The position numbers were made by a program, and so were the translations under genes. A DNA stretch of 64,000 nucleotides from IMG/VR virus record IMGVR_UViG_3300027573_000779, positions 62,001-126,000 of that record; one strand, 5' to 3'. The notes below the pieces were generated by a model. It was not told where the DNA came from, did not search any database, and saw only the letters and a program-made list of their open reading frames with translations. This document shows, piece after piece, positions 1-7,745 of this stretch (the first letter of the stretch is position 1; the number at the start of each line of letters is the position of its first letter).

Positions 1-1
1 T

Positions 2-586
2 GCTGGAGGCGCGGCGTTAGTAAGCGCGGCAGGAAAGAGGCTAAGTCTTCTTTTTAATGTTACCGGACATCACCTTTTCCTTTGTTCTCAGGTTAGAGAT
101 AAGATGGCTAAAGGGCCAATGGCACAAGCGGGAGGAAAAACAGCTAGCGGAGGCAACGCTCCAAAGTTTTATAGTTCGCTTATTTGCGAGATTAAAAGAC
201 CTTGGTCAGACAGATGGATTTACGAAAATCCTTCAGACAAAGACAGTAAAATTATTGGTAGAATGGTAGAAATCAAACTTGATAAAACGCCAAATGAAAA
301 AACAGGAGTTACCGTTATGTATCCTGTTAAATATGGGCTGAAGGGTGGCGTTTGGCGTGCCCATGAAGCCATGACTGTTGCTCAAAGCTGTGACATAGTT
401 AAACAAGCTAAGGCTTGGTATAACATTGAAGAATCATTTTTCGAAGATATGAAAACCAAAGGGATTAAGCTTGATTCTGATAAATTTCAAGGGGAACGGG
501 CGCTTAGAGATTGTTTTGATACCAATCCAGATTTAGTGGAATATGTTTTAACTCAAGGGAAGATAATCTGGCAGGCCAAAAAATGA
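2..586 (+). CDS. recA: RecA/UvsX-like recombinase, C-terminal part (5' truncated by window)
   Basis: Frame is open from position 2; translation includes LCSQVRDK...TASGGNAPKFYSS, matching the RecA NQxRxK...GGxAxKFYxS motifs, followed by KAWY and KFQG. Confidence 0.8.
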   Translation, partial: AGGAALVSAAGKRLSLLFNVTGHHLFLCSQVRDKMAKGPMAQAGGKTASGGNAPKFYSSLICEIKRPWSDRWIYENPSDKDSKIIGRMVEIKLDKTPNEKTGVTVMYPVKYGLKGGVWRAHEAMTVAQSCDIVKQAKAWYNIEESFFEDMKTKGIKLDSDKFQGERALRDCFDTNPDLVEYVLTQGKIIWQAKK

Positions 587-996
587 GGCTTTTTAATGTT
601 AAAGGAAAACTAGTCTATTTAAATGTTAAAAAGTATTTGATAGATTGGGACTCTGCCAGCAGGTCAAAACTGCAAACCAGAGTTAAAAAGTTCCTTAAAC
701 CGTTTTGGGAAAAACACTTATGTTATGAAGAGTTTCCCGTATATGGCAGTAGATTAAAAGTGGATTTTCTTAATGCTACTAAACGTATAGCCGTAGAGGT
801 TCAGGGCGTTCAACATGATAACTTTAATGAGTTCTTTCATAAAAACCGGCTTAATTATTTTTTTTCAATTAAGCGCGATGTTAAGAAACTTAACTGGTTG
901 GAAACGAACAAATTTAAAGTTTTAGAATTTACAGAGGAAGACGTTGAACAATTAACTTATGATTTTGTTTTGCAGAAGTTTGAAATTTATTTATGA
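583..996 (+). CDS. Vsr/DUF559-like PD-(D/E)XK endonuclease
   Basis: EEFPV...LKVDFL...IAVEVQGVQH motif; ATGA overlap with upstream gene. Confidence 0.7.
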   Translation: MRLFNVKGKLVYLNVKKYLIDWDSASRSKLQTRVKKFLKPFWEKHLCYEEFPVYGSRLKVDFLNATKRIAVEVQGVQHDNFNEFFHKNRLNYFFSIKRDVKKLNWLETNKFKVLEFTEEDVEQLTYDFVLQKFEIYL

Positions 997-2510
997 CAAC
1001 AGACGAAGGAAAAGAAACAACACCCTTATATTCGATAAGGATAGAAAAACATGTATTAGGCGGGTTAATTAAAAACCCAAAATCGTTAGTAGACATTACC
1101 GGCTTTGTTAAAAGCAGTGATTTTTTTGTTAAACCACACCAAGTTATTTTTGGTGTTTTGGAAAATTTAATTCTAACTAACACCCAGTTCGATGAAGTTA
1201 CACTCGCTCAAAGGATTAATGATTTGGGCGTTAAGTTTAAAGATAATATTAACATCTTTGATTACATTCAAACACTCGCATTTACTCAAATTACTCCCAA
1301 TGGCACCCTAAAGGCCGCTAAAGAGTTAATAAAGCTTCGAATCAAAAGAGAGATTTGTGCTACCGCTGATTCAATCAAAAACTATCTTCACGACACTCAA
1401 GAAGAAGATATTGATAAGATAATTGCTGAAGCTGACGCTATTTATAACAGAAACATTACAAGTTACAGTCTTCAGGATGAGCCGGTAGATGTATTTGAAG
1501 GTCTGGCTGACCTAATCGAAGAGAGGGGAAATTCTCCTATAGATGAAATCGGTTATCCTACTTTGTATCCAGAGTTTAACAGGCTTTTTGGAGGAGTGAG
1601 GCCGGGAAATATTTATGCAATAGTTGCAAGGCCGGGACAAGCAAAGTCAACTATGATAAGCGATATGTGTTATGGCATAGCCAAACTAACACGTTTTAAA
1701 ATTCCGGTTTTAATTCTAGATACTGAAATGAACACGACAGATGTTCGTTTTAGATTAGCTTCATCTATCACAGGGGTACCATTTTGGCATTTAGAAACAG
1801 GTAATTGGCGCAAGAACACAGAAATGTTTCAAAAGGTAAGGACAGTTCTAAAAGACCTAGAAGCGTTTAACTTTTTTCACTATCAAGTAGCTAATAAAAA
1901 CATTGATGAAATTGTTTCAATTATTAGACGTTGGTATTATTTAAAGGTTGGAAGAGGCAATAGATGTATTGTTGCTTATGATTACATTAAACTAACAGGG
2001 GAAAACGTAGCTCAAAATTGGGCAGAACATCAAGCTATTGGTGAAAAGATTAATAAGTTAAAACGTCTTTCAGATGAAATTCATTGCCCTATTATTACCG
2101 CAATGCAGCTTAATAGAACGGGCGAGAACTTTAATAAGAATAGTAAAGATGTTACCGATGATTCTTCAGCAATTTCTCTTTCTGATAGACTTCAATGGTT
2201 CGCCAGTTTTGTAGCTATTTTGCGTAGAAAAACATTAGATGAAATTGAAGATGATGGGATTGAGTTTGGTACTCACAAGCTAATTCCTACAAAAACCCGT
2301 TTCCAAGGCAAAGACGCTGCCGGTCATCAAGATTTGGTTCTTAGACCAACACCAGACGGCAAAAAGAGATATGTTAATAATTACCTAAACTACGATATAG
2401 CTAATTTTAAGGTTACTGAGAAAGGTTCTTTAAGAGATGTTGTAGAAGCACAAAAACTTAAGTATAACTTTAATAAAGATGATAAAAAGCCAGACGCAAC
2501 CCTTGAGTAA
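993..2510 (+). CDS. dnaB: DnaB-like replicative helicase
   Basis: N-terminal EKHVLGGL/DFFVKPHQVIF; Walker A ARPGQAKST; LDTEM; YDYIKL; AMQLNR. Confidence 0.93.
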   Translation: MTTDEGKETTPLYSIRIEKHVLGGLIKNPKSLVDITGFVKSSDFFVKPHQVIFGVLENLILTNTQFDEVTLAQRINDLGVKFKDNINIFDYIQTLAFTQITPNGTLKAAKELIKLRIKREICATADSIKNYLHDTQEEDIDKIIAEADAIYNRNITSYSLQDEPVDVFEGLADLIEERGNSPIDEIGYPTLYPEFNRLFGGVRPGNIYAIVARPGQAKSTMISDMCYGIAKLTRFKIPVLILDTEMNTTDVRFRLASSITGVPFWHLETGNWRKNTEMFQKVRTVLKDLEAFNFFHYQVANKNIDEIVSIIRRWYYLKVGRGNRCIVAYDYIKLTGENVAQNWAEHQAIGEKINKLKRLSDEIHCPIITAMQLNRTGENFNKNSKDVTDDSSAISLSDRLQWFASFVAILRRKTLDEIEDDGIEFGTHKLIPTKTRFQGKDAAGHQDLVLRPTPDGKKRYVNNYLNYDIANFKVTEKGSLRDVVEAQKLKYNFNKDDKKPDATLE

Positions 2511-2511
2511 G

Positions 2512-3399
2512 ATGGGCGTTCGAGAAGTCCTAGTTAGCCTAGGCTTTAACCCCTCTGACTTTGGTGATTATTATCGGATGAGACCTATTTATAGGGCTTC
2601 TGATAATAACACCTCTTTATCTGTTCATAAAAGAACGGGTAAATGGACAGATTTTGGTTTAGATAAAAAGGGCGACCTTGCCGAACTGGTTAAGATTTGT
2701 CTTAATTTAAGTAACATTGAGGAGGCTGAAGGTTATTTGGGAAACAATTTCCAAACTCAAAGGGAGTCATTAGTTATTAAATCGCGCCAAACTTTTGACA
2801 AAGATATTGTTACAAGTTTGAAGCCTATTTATGGTTATTGGGAAGGAAGGGGAATTTCTTCGATGACTTTAAAACTGTTTCAAGGTGGATTATGTGGTTT
2901 TGGGCGCATGAGGAATAGGTTTGTTTTTCCTATTTTTGACAGTAAAGGAACAGTTATTGGTTTTTGTGGAAGGGATATTACAGATAAGTCTAAGATTAAA
3001 TGGAAAATATTAGGTCAAAAAAACAACTTTTTGTATCCACTTAATGTTAACGAACAAGAAATAATTAAAGCAAAAAAGATAGTAATTGTTGAGTCAATAG
3101 GTGATATGCTCAGACTATGGGAATTAGGGGTTAAGTTTAGTATGGTTTTGTTTGGGGTTTCTTTAAGTATTGCGCAACTTAATAAACTTATTCAATTGGA
3201 CCCCGATGAAGTTTTAATAGGTCTCAATAATGAACCTACAAATAACAATATTGGGAATTTCGCGGCTGAAAAAATAAAAAGAATTCTGCTTAGGCACTTT
3301 GACCGCAAACAAGTCAGAGTAACTTTACCAATTCAAAAGGATTTTGGAATAATGAATTATCCTGAAATTGTAGAATGGAAACAGATTTATAACGTATAA
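2512..3399 (+). CDS. dnaG: DnaG-like primase (Toprim)
   Basis: RNRFVFPI...VIGFCGR...KWK, then VIVESIGD Toprim motif; follows helicase. ATG 2512 chosen over 2479 to avoid overlap. Confidence 0.85.
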   Translation: MGVREVLVSLGFNPSDFGDYYRMRPIYRASDNNTSLSVHKRTGKWTDFGLDKKGDLAELVKICLNLSNIEEAEGYLGNNFQTQRESLVIKSRQTFDKDIVTSLKPIYGYWEGRGISSMTLKLFQGGLCGFGRMRNRFVFPIFDSKGTVIGFCGRDITDKSKIKWKILGQKNNFLYPLNVNEQEIIKAKKIVIVESIGDMLRLWELGVKFSMVLFGVSLSIAQLNKLIQLDPDEVLIGLNNEPTNNNIGNFAAEKIKRILLRHFDRKQVRVTLPIQKDFGIMNYPEIVEWKQIYNV

Positions 3400-3402
3400 C
3401 AC

Positions 3403-3852
3403 ATGAACGATAAATTCAAACTTGCTGTTATTGGCTCGCGCTCTTTCACCGACAAAGAACGGCTTTATAAAATTCTAGACAAGAACATAGATAAGATTTC
3501 AGTTATTGTCAGTGGCGGAGCAAAAGGGGCAGATACTTTAGCTCATAATTGGTGCGAAGAAAGAGGGGTTCCCATTATCATTTTCTACCCTAGATGGCAC
3601 AAACTAGACGGCACCTTTGATAGAGGCGCGGGATTTAGAAGGAACAGGTTAATTATAAAACAGGCCGATAAGGTGCTCGCGATGTGGGACGGGGTGAGCA
3701 AAGGTACTCTTAATAGTATCGAAATTGCTAAAGAGCTTAAGAAGCCTATCAAAATTTTAACATTTACACCTAAGGTTGAGACCAAAACTGAACCTGAAAG
3801 CGAACTTAAAAATGGACAAAAAGAAACTCAAACTGTCAGCAAGCAGGATTAA
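3403..3852 (+). CDS. SLOG-family (YspA/DUF2493-like) protein
   Basis: AVIGSR, IVSGGAKGAD, AGFRRN, WDGVSKGT motifs. Confidence 0.8.
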   Translation: MNDKFKLAVIGSRSFTDKERLYKILDKNIDKISVIVSGGAKGADTLAHNWCEERGVPIIIFYPRWHKLDGTFDRGAGFRRNRLIIKQADKVLAMWDGVSKGTLNSIEIAKELKKPIKILTFTPKVETKTEPESELKNGQKETQTVSKQD

Positions 3853-4804
3853 AACCCTTAAAACTTGTTCTTGGATTTATTGGTGTAATTACATCCTTAA
3901 GTTACCTAATGGAGGAAATGATGGCTCTTCAAAGGGCGCCGTAGTTCATTTAGTTTTAGAGCTTCTTTTAAAACCTAAACATCGTAAACATTTTAATTCA
4001 ATTATAAAAGAAAACCATATTTATGGGTCAAAAGTAATTAAAAGATTAGTTATAAAACATGCTAACAGGTTAAGAGTGGGAGATGAAAATAACCTTGCCG
4101 ACATTAACAAAATGACGATGACGGCGCTCAATTTGGATTTCTTTTGTAAAGGGGCGGACAGAATAGTTCCCGAAGAAGAATTCACAATTGAAACCGAAGA
4201 TTACAAAATTACAGGCTTCATTGATAAGCTGGCTCATTACGGTAAGAGCAAGATGACCATTACAGATTATAAAACCAGCAAGAGGCAATTTGAAGGAGAT
4301 GATATAGATGGGAACATTCAGGCTTTTATGTATTCCCTTTATGTCTATAAAAAATACGGAGTTATTCCAGAAGTGACTTTTTTGTTTTTAAAGTTTCCCG
4401 AAGCGCCTGAAATTAAACCCAAAACTTGCACTCAAGAGGAGCTTTCCGGTTTTGAGAGTTATTTAACTTATCTCAAGGACTATTTGGCGAATTTTGACAT
4501 TTATAAAGCTACCGCTAATTATGCTGCCGATAATCCCGATATGAAGTGGCTATGTGGTTTTGCAAGAACCAAAGGTGAGCTTAAAAAAGATGGCTCTGTA
4601 AAGTGGCAGTGCCCGTTAAAATACGAGACGAACTATTATGCGCTAATTGATTTAAAAACCGAAGAAGTTCTTAAAACTAGTTTAAAAAGAAAAGATTTGG
4701 TTGAAAAAGAAGGGACCAAGGTTCATTTTTTAAGATATTTTGGTTGTCCAAAATACGGCAACAAACTCACTTATAAGTTTAAAAATACAGAATCAAAATT
4801 TTAA
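3812..4804 (+). CDS. PD-(D/E)XK exonuclease, Cas4/RecB-like
   Basis: LSASRIK..C, GAVVH, GFIDKL...ITDYKT, QAFMY and C-terminal cysteines. Start at ATG 3812 inferred. Confidence 0.8.
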   Translation: MDKKKLKLSASRIKTLKTCSWIYWCNYILKLPNGGNDGSSKGAVVHLVLELLLKPKHRKHFNSIIKENHIYGSKVIKRLVIKHANRLRVGDENNLADINKMTMTALNLDFFCKGADRIVPEEEFTIETEDYKITGFIDKLAHYGKSKMTITDYKTSKRQFEGDDIDGNIQAFMYSLYVYKKYGVIPEVTFLFLKFPEAPEIKPKTCTQEELSGFESYLTYLKDYLANFDIYKATANYAADNPDMKWLCGFARTKGELKKDGSVKWQCPLKYETNYYALIDLKTEEVLKTSLKRKDLVEKEGTKVHFLRYFGCPKYGNKLTYKFKNTESKF

Positions 4805-4807
4805 ATC

Positions 4808-4837
4808 TTGATTAGTTTACCAAGACTCGACTATTAT
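4808..4837 (+). promoter_or_regulatory. Candidate sigma-70-type promoter
   Basis: TTGATT-N18-TATTAT in an intergenic gap, 7 nt before ATG 4845. Confidence 0.45.
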
Positions 4838-4844
4838 TAGAATA

Positions 4845-5600
4845 ATGAACGTTTTACCTCTTTTTAAAAGTCATCATAGCCTAGGAAGAAGCATTTTGAC
4901 TCTTAAAGAGGCAGGCAAAACAAAACCCGGATTTCCCACTTCAATAATCGATTTAGTCAAAGAGAACAACATTAAAACCCCCTTTCTGATTGAAGACAGC
5001 GCCTCTGGATTTATTGAAGCTTATGAGAACTTTAAAAAGATTGGCGTAAATGTTGTTTTTGGATTTCGGGTAACAGCCACAGACGATTTAACGCTTAAAA
5101 ACGAAAGCGAACTTAGTAAGGAACACAAAATTGTAGTTTTACTTAAAAATCCAAAGGGGTATGATAACTTAATAAAGGTAATCACCAAAGCCTCAGTTGA
5201 CGGCTTCTATTACATTCCTAGAATTGACTATAAGAACTTGCGGGAGTTATGGTCTGAAAATTTAGCGCTAGCAATTCCTTTTTATGATAGTTTTTTGTAT
5301 CGAAATATTATCCTAGGAGGTTGTTGTGTTCCTGATTTAACAGGTTTTAATCCGGTTTTTTTTATGGAAGATAATTGTCTTCCGTTTGACTGGTTAATAC
5401 AAGAAGCTATTGAGAAATACACTGGAAACAATTTTAGGAAATTAGCCGCTAAAAGTATTTATTACAACACCAGAAAAGACTTTAAAGCCTATCTTACGAA
5501 CAGGTGTATAAATAATAGGAGCACGTTAGATAAACCCGAAATGGAACATCTTTCCTCTGCCGAATTTTGTTTTGAAAGCTGGAAGGAAAAAAATGTTTGA
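4845..5600 (+). CDS. Stand-alone PHP domain of DNA polymerase III alpha
   Basis: KSHHSLGRSIL, GFIEAY, VLLKNPKGYDNLIK, DGFYYIPRID match the DnaE N-terminus; metal-binding histidines look degenerate. Confidence 0.85.
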   Translation: MNVLPLFKSHHSLGRSILTLKEAGKTKPGFPTSIIDLVKENNIKTPFLIEDSASGFIEAYENFKKIGVNVVFGFRVTATDDLTLKNESELSKEHKIVVLLKNPKGYDNLIKVITKASVDGFYYIPRIDYKNLRELWSENLALAIPFYDSFLYRNIILGGCCVPDLTGFNPVFFMEDNCLPFDWLIQEAIEKYTGNNFRKLAAKSIYYNTRKDFKAYLTNRCINNRSTLDKPEMEHLSSAEFCFESWKEKNV

Positions 5601-6069
5601 TTTTGAAACCCAACTCAAGGTTGGAGAAACAGGAGAAGCTTTCTTTCTAAAATGCTACAAAGGCACCAAATCTGACAGCAGACAATATGATATAATTCTT
5701 GAAAATGGAGATACAGTTGAACTAAAGACTGATACTTACGATATGAACGAAACACCAAACTTTTTTATGGAGCAGTTTGGTAATGTTAAGAATGTTCCAG
5801 ATTCATTAGGTGGCGCTTGGAGGGCAAAGAGAGACAGGGTTAATTATTTTGTTTACTATTTTTCAAGCAATAGAACTTTTTTTTGGTTTGAACCGAATAA
5901 GCTTTGTAAGTTTTTAGATACTAATTTGAAAAAGTTTTTTAAAAAATTCATCAAAAATACTTCTTGGACCGCAGTAGGATATTTAGTCAAACGAAAAGAA
6001 ATTGAACATTTGTGTGTTTTAAAAGAAACTTTTAACCAATATGGACGAAAAATTGATATAATTACGTGA
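5593..6069 (+). CDS. Putative PD-(D/E)XK-type phage endonuclease
   Basis: GETGE...YDI...TVELKTD...NFFME pattern. Confidence 0.55.
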   Translation: MFDFETQLKVGETGEAFFLKCYKGTKSDSRQYDIILENGDTVELKTDTYDMNETPNFFMEQFGNVKNVPDSLGGAWRAKRDRVNYFVYYFSSNRTFFWFEPNKLCKFLDTNLKKFFKKFIKNTSWTAVGYLVKRKEIEHLCVLKETFNQYGRKIDIIT

Positions 6070-6875
6070 AAAGTTTTGGGCTATTAGATTTAAACGAAGA
6101 TTTGCTTCTTAAGCGTTATCAAGCTGGAGAAAGCATGAACGCTTTAAGGTATGAGTTCCATTGCGGTGCAACTACCTTAAAAACATGGTTGACAAATCGC
6201 GGCTGTCAAACACGAGATTTAATCTTGTCGCATCGCAAGGCTAACTTTGACGAAACTTATTTTGTCCAAATTGACAGTCATGAAAAAGCCTATTGGTTGG
6301 GGTTCTTGTATGCAGACGGAAACATTTATCAAAACAAATTGCAGCTTGGTTTGGCGCTGAAAGATAAAGGACATATCTCTCTGTTTCAGGAACATATTGC
6401 ATCTAATCACAAACTATACAAAGATAGAGACAGTTATAAATTGGTAATCAGGAGTCAAAAGTTAGTAGATTCCTTGGGTGAATTGGGATGTTTGCCTAGA
6501 AAATCATTTACTCTAAAATTTCCAACTAAAAGACAGGTTCAAAATCAATTTATAAATAGTTTTTTGTTAGGGTATTTTGATGGAGATGGATGTATAAGTA
6601 TTAGAAGCGCGGAATGTTGTTGGGTTTTTTCTTTAGTAGGGACCAAAGAATTTCTTGAAACTGTTAAGGCAATCTTAGTTCCTGTTGTGGATTCTAAAGT
6701 GTCTCTTTTTAAAGAAGCTCGCAGCTTTAATAATGTATGGGTGTTATCTGTTGGAGGAGGATTTAAAACGGAAAAGGGAAAGATTAAGTTACGTAAACTT
6801 TACGAATTTCTATATGAAAAATCAGATTTTTGTCTTCAAAGAAAAAGGGAAAAGTTTGAAAAAGTTCTTAACTAA
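6066..6875 (+). CDS. Free-standing double-motif LAGLIDADG homing endonuclease
   Basis: KAYWLGFLYADGNI and SFLLGYFDGDGCI motifs; N-terminal HTH-like segment. Confidence 0.88.
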   Translation: MKSFGLLDLNEDLLLKRYQAGESMNALRYEFHCGATTLKTWLTNRGCQTRDLILSHRKANFDETYFVQIDSHEKAYWLGFLYADGNIYQNKLQLGLALKDKGHISLFQEHIASNHKLYKDRDSYKLVIRSQKLVDSLGELGCLPRKSFTLKFPTKRQVQNQFINSFLLGYFDGDGCISIRSAECCWVFSLVGTKEFLETVKAILVPVVDSKVSLFKEARSFNNVWVLSVGGGFKTEKGKIKLRKLYEFLYEKSDFCLQRKREKFEKVLN

Positions 6876-6877
6876 AT

Positions 6878-7519
6878 ATGGACGAACATCTTTTAAGATT
6901 TAATAAAGATAAAACTTTTGTTTTTTTGGATTATGAAAGCTTCAATCTTTGTCTTAGTTTTTGCCACAACCTTCCTTGGCAGATTGCTATGATGAAGGTG
7001 GTTAACGGGCAGATTGTAGAAAGTTACGACAGGTATATTAAATGGAAAACCCATCTGAAAATCAGTGATGAAGCGGCCAAGATTACAAAATTTGACCAAA
7101 AGAAATTTGATGCTGAGGCGGTTTCTTCCGAAGAAGTGTATCCTGTTATGAAACAATGGCTTACAGAAGCCGATTATATTGTAGGCCATAATATTCTAGG
7201 CTTTGATATTTATCTTATTAAAGAGTGGTTTTTACTTAATAAGGATAATCCTAGAGAACTGTTTAAAAAGGTTATTTGCACAAACGTAATAGCTAAGGCA
7301 ATAGGTTTGGATATGACCACTCCTGACAAAAATAGACATTTGTTGGAGTTTCAATATCCAATTTTACATACCAGAAAAAGAGGTTTAAAAACCAGACTGG
7401 AGTTTTTGGGCAAGGAATACAAAATTGAGCATGATTATGATAATCTTCACAACGCTCTGGTAGACCTTTCTTTAAACGTTAAGGTTTGGAACAAACAAAA
7501 ATTTTCGATTGAAGTCTAA
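6878..7519 (+). CDS. DEDDh 3'-5' exonuclease (DnaQ/epsilon-like)
   Basis: ExoI FLDYES, ExoII GHNILGFD, ExoIII LHNALVD. Confidence 0.88.
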   Translation: MDEHLLRFNKDKTFVFLDYESFNLCLSFCHNLPWQIAMMKVVNGQIVESYDRYIKWKTHLKISDEAAKITKFDQKKFDAEAVSSEEVYPVMKQWLTEADYIVGHNILGFDIYLIKEWFLLNKDNPRELFKKVICTNVIAKAIGLDMTTPDKNRHLLEFQYPILHTRKRGLKTRLEFLGKEYKIEHDYDNLHNALVDLSLNVKVWNKQKFSIEV

Positions 7520-7536
7520 AGTGTGTAAAATAAGAT

Positions 7537-7737
7537 ATGGCGAGTTTGGATTTTGCATACGACCTGTTAGAACGTTTAAATGATGAAAAGATGAGCTACA
7601 CTCTTGTTGTTCTCCAAAAGGGAAAAAAACGATTTAAAGCAGATATTTTTCATAACGTCCGCGAACCTTTAGTTAAAGAAGCTATGTCAGAAGCCTTAGG
7701 TAAAGCTAAAAAACACGTCAAGTCCAAGACAAAATAA
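7537..7737 (+). CDS. Small hypothetical protein
   Basis: Fills the gap between exonuclease and DnaE; preceded by the GTGTAA motif. Confidence 0.6.
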   Translation: MASLDFAYDLLERLNDEKMSYTLVVLQKGKKRFKADIFHNVREPLVKEAMSEALGKAKKHVKSKTK

Positions 7738-7745
7738 CCCACTTT

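Noticed and set aside
3812-4804. Cas4-like gene as part of a CRISPR-Cas system
   Set aside because: No array or other cas genes; stand-alone Cas4-like nucleases are common in phage replication blocks.
6062-6877. Group I intron or intein around the LAGLIDADG gene
   Set aside because: No non-coding space for a ribozyme core, and the ORF is free-standing with its own start and stop.
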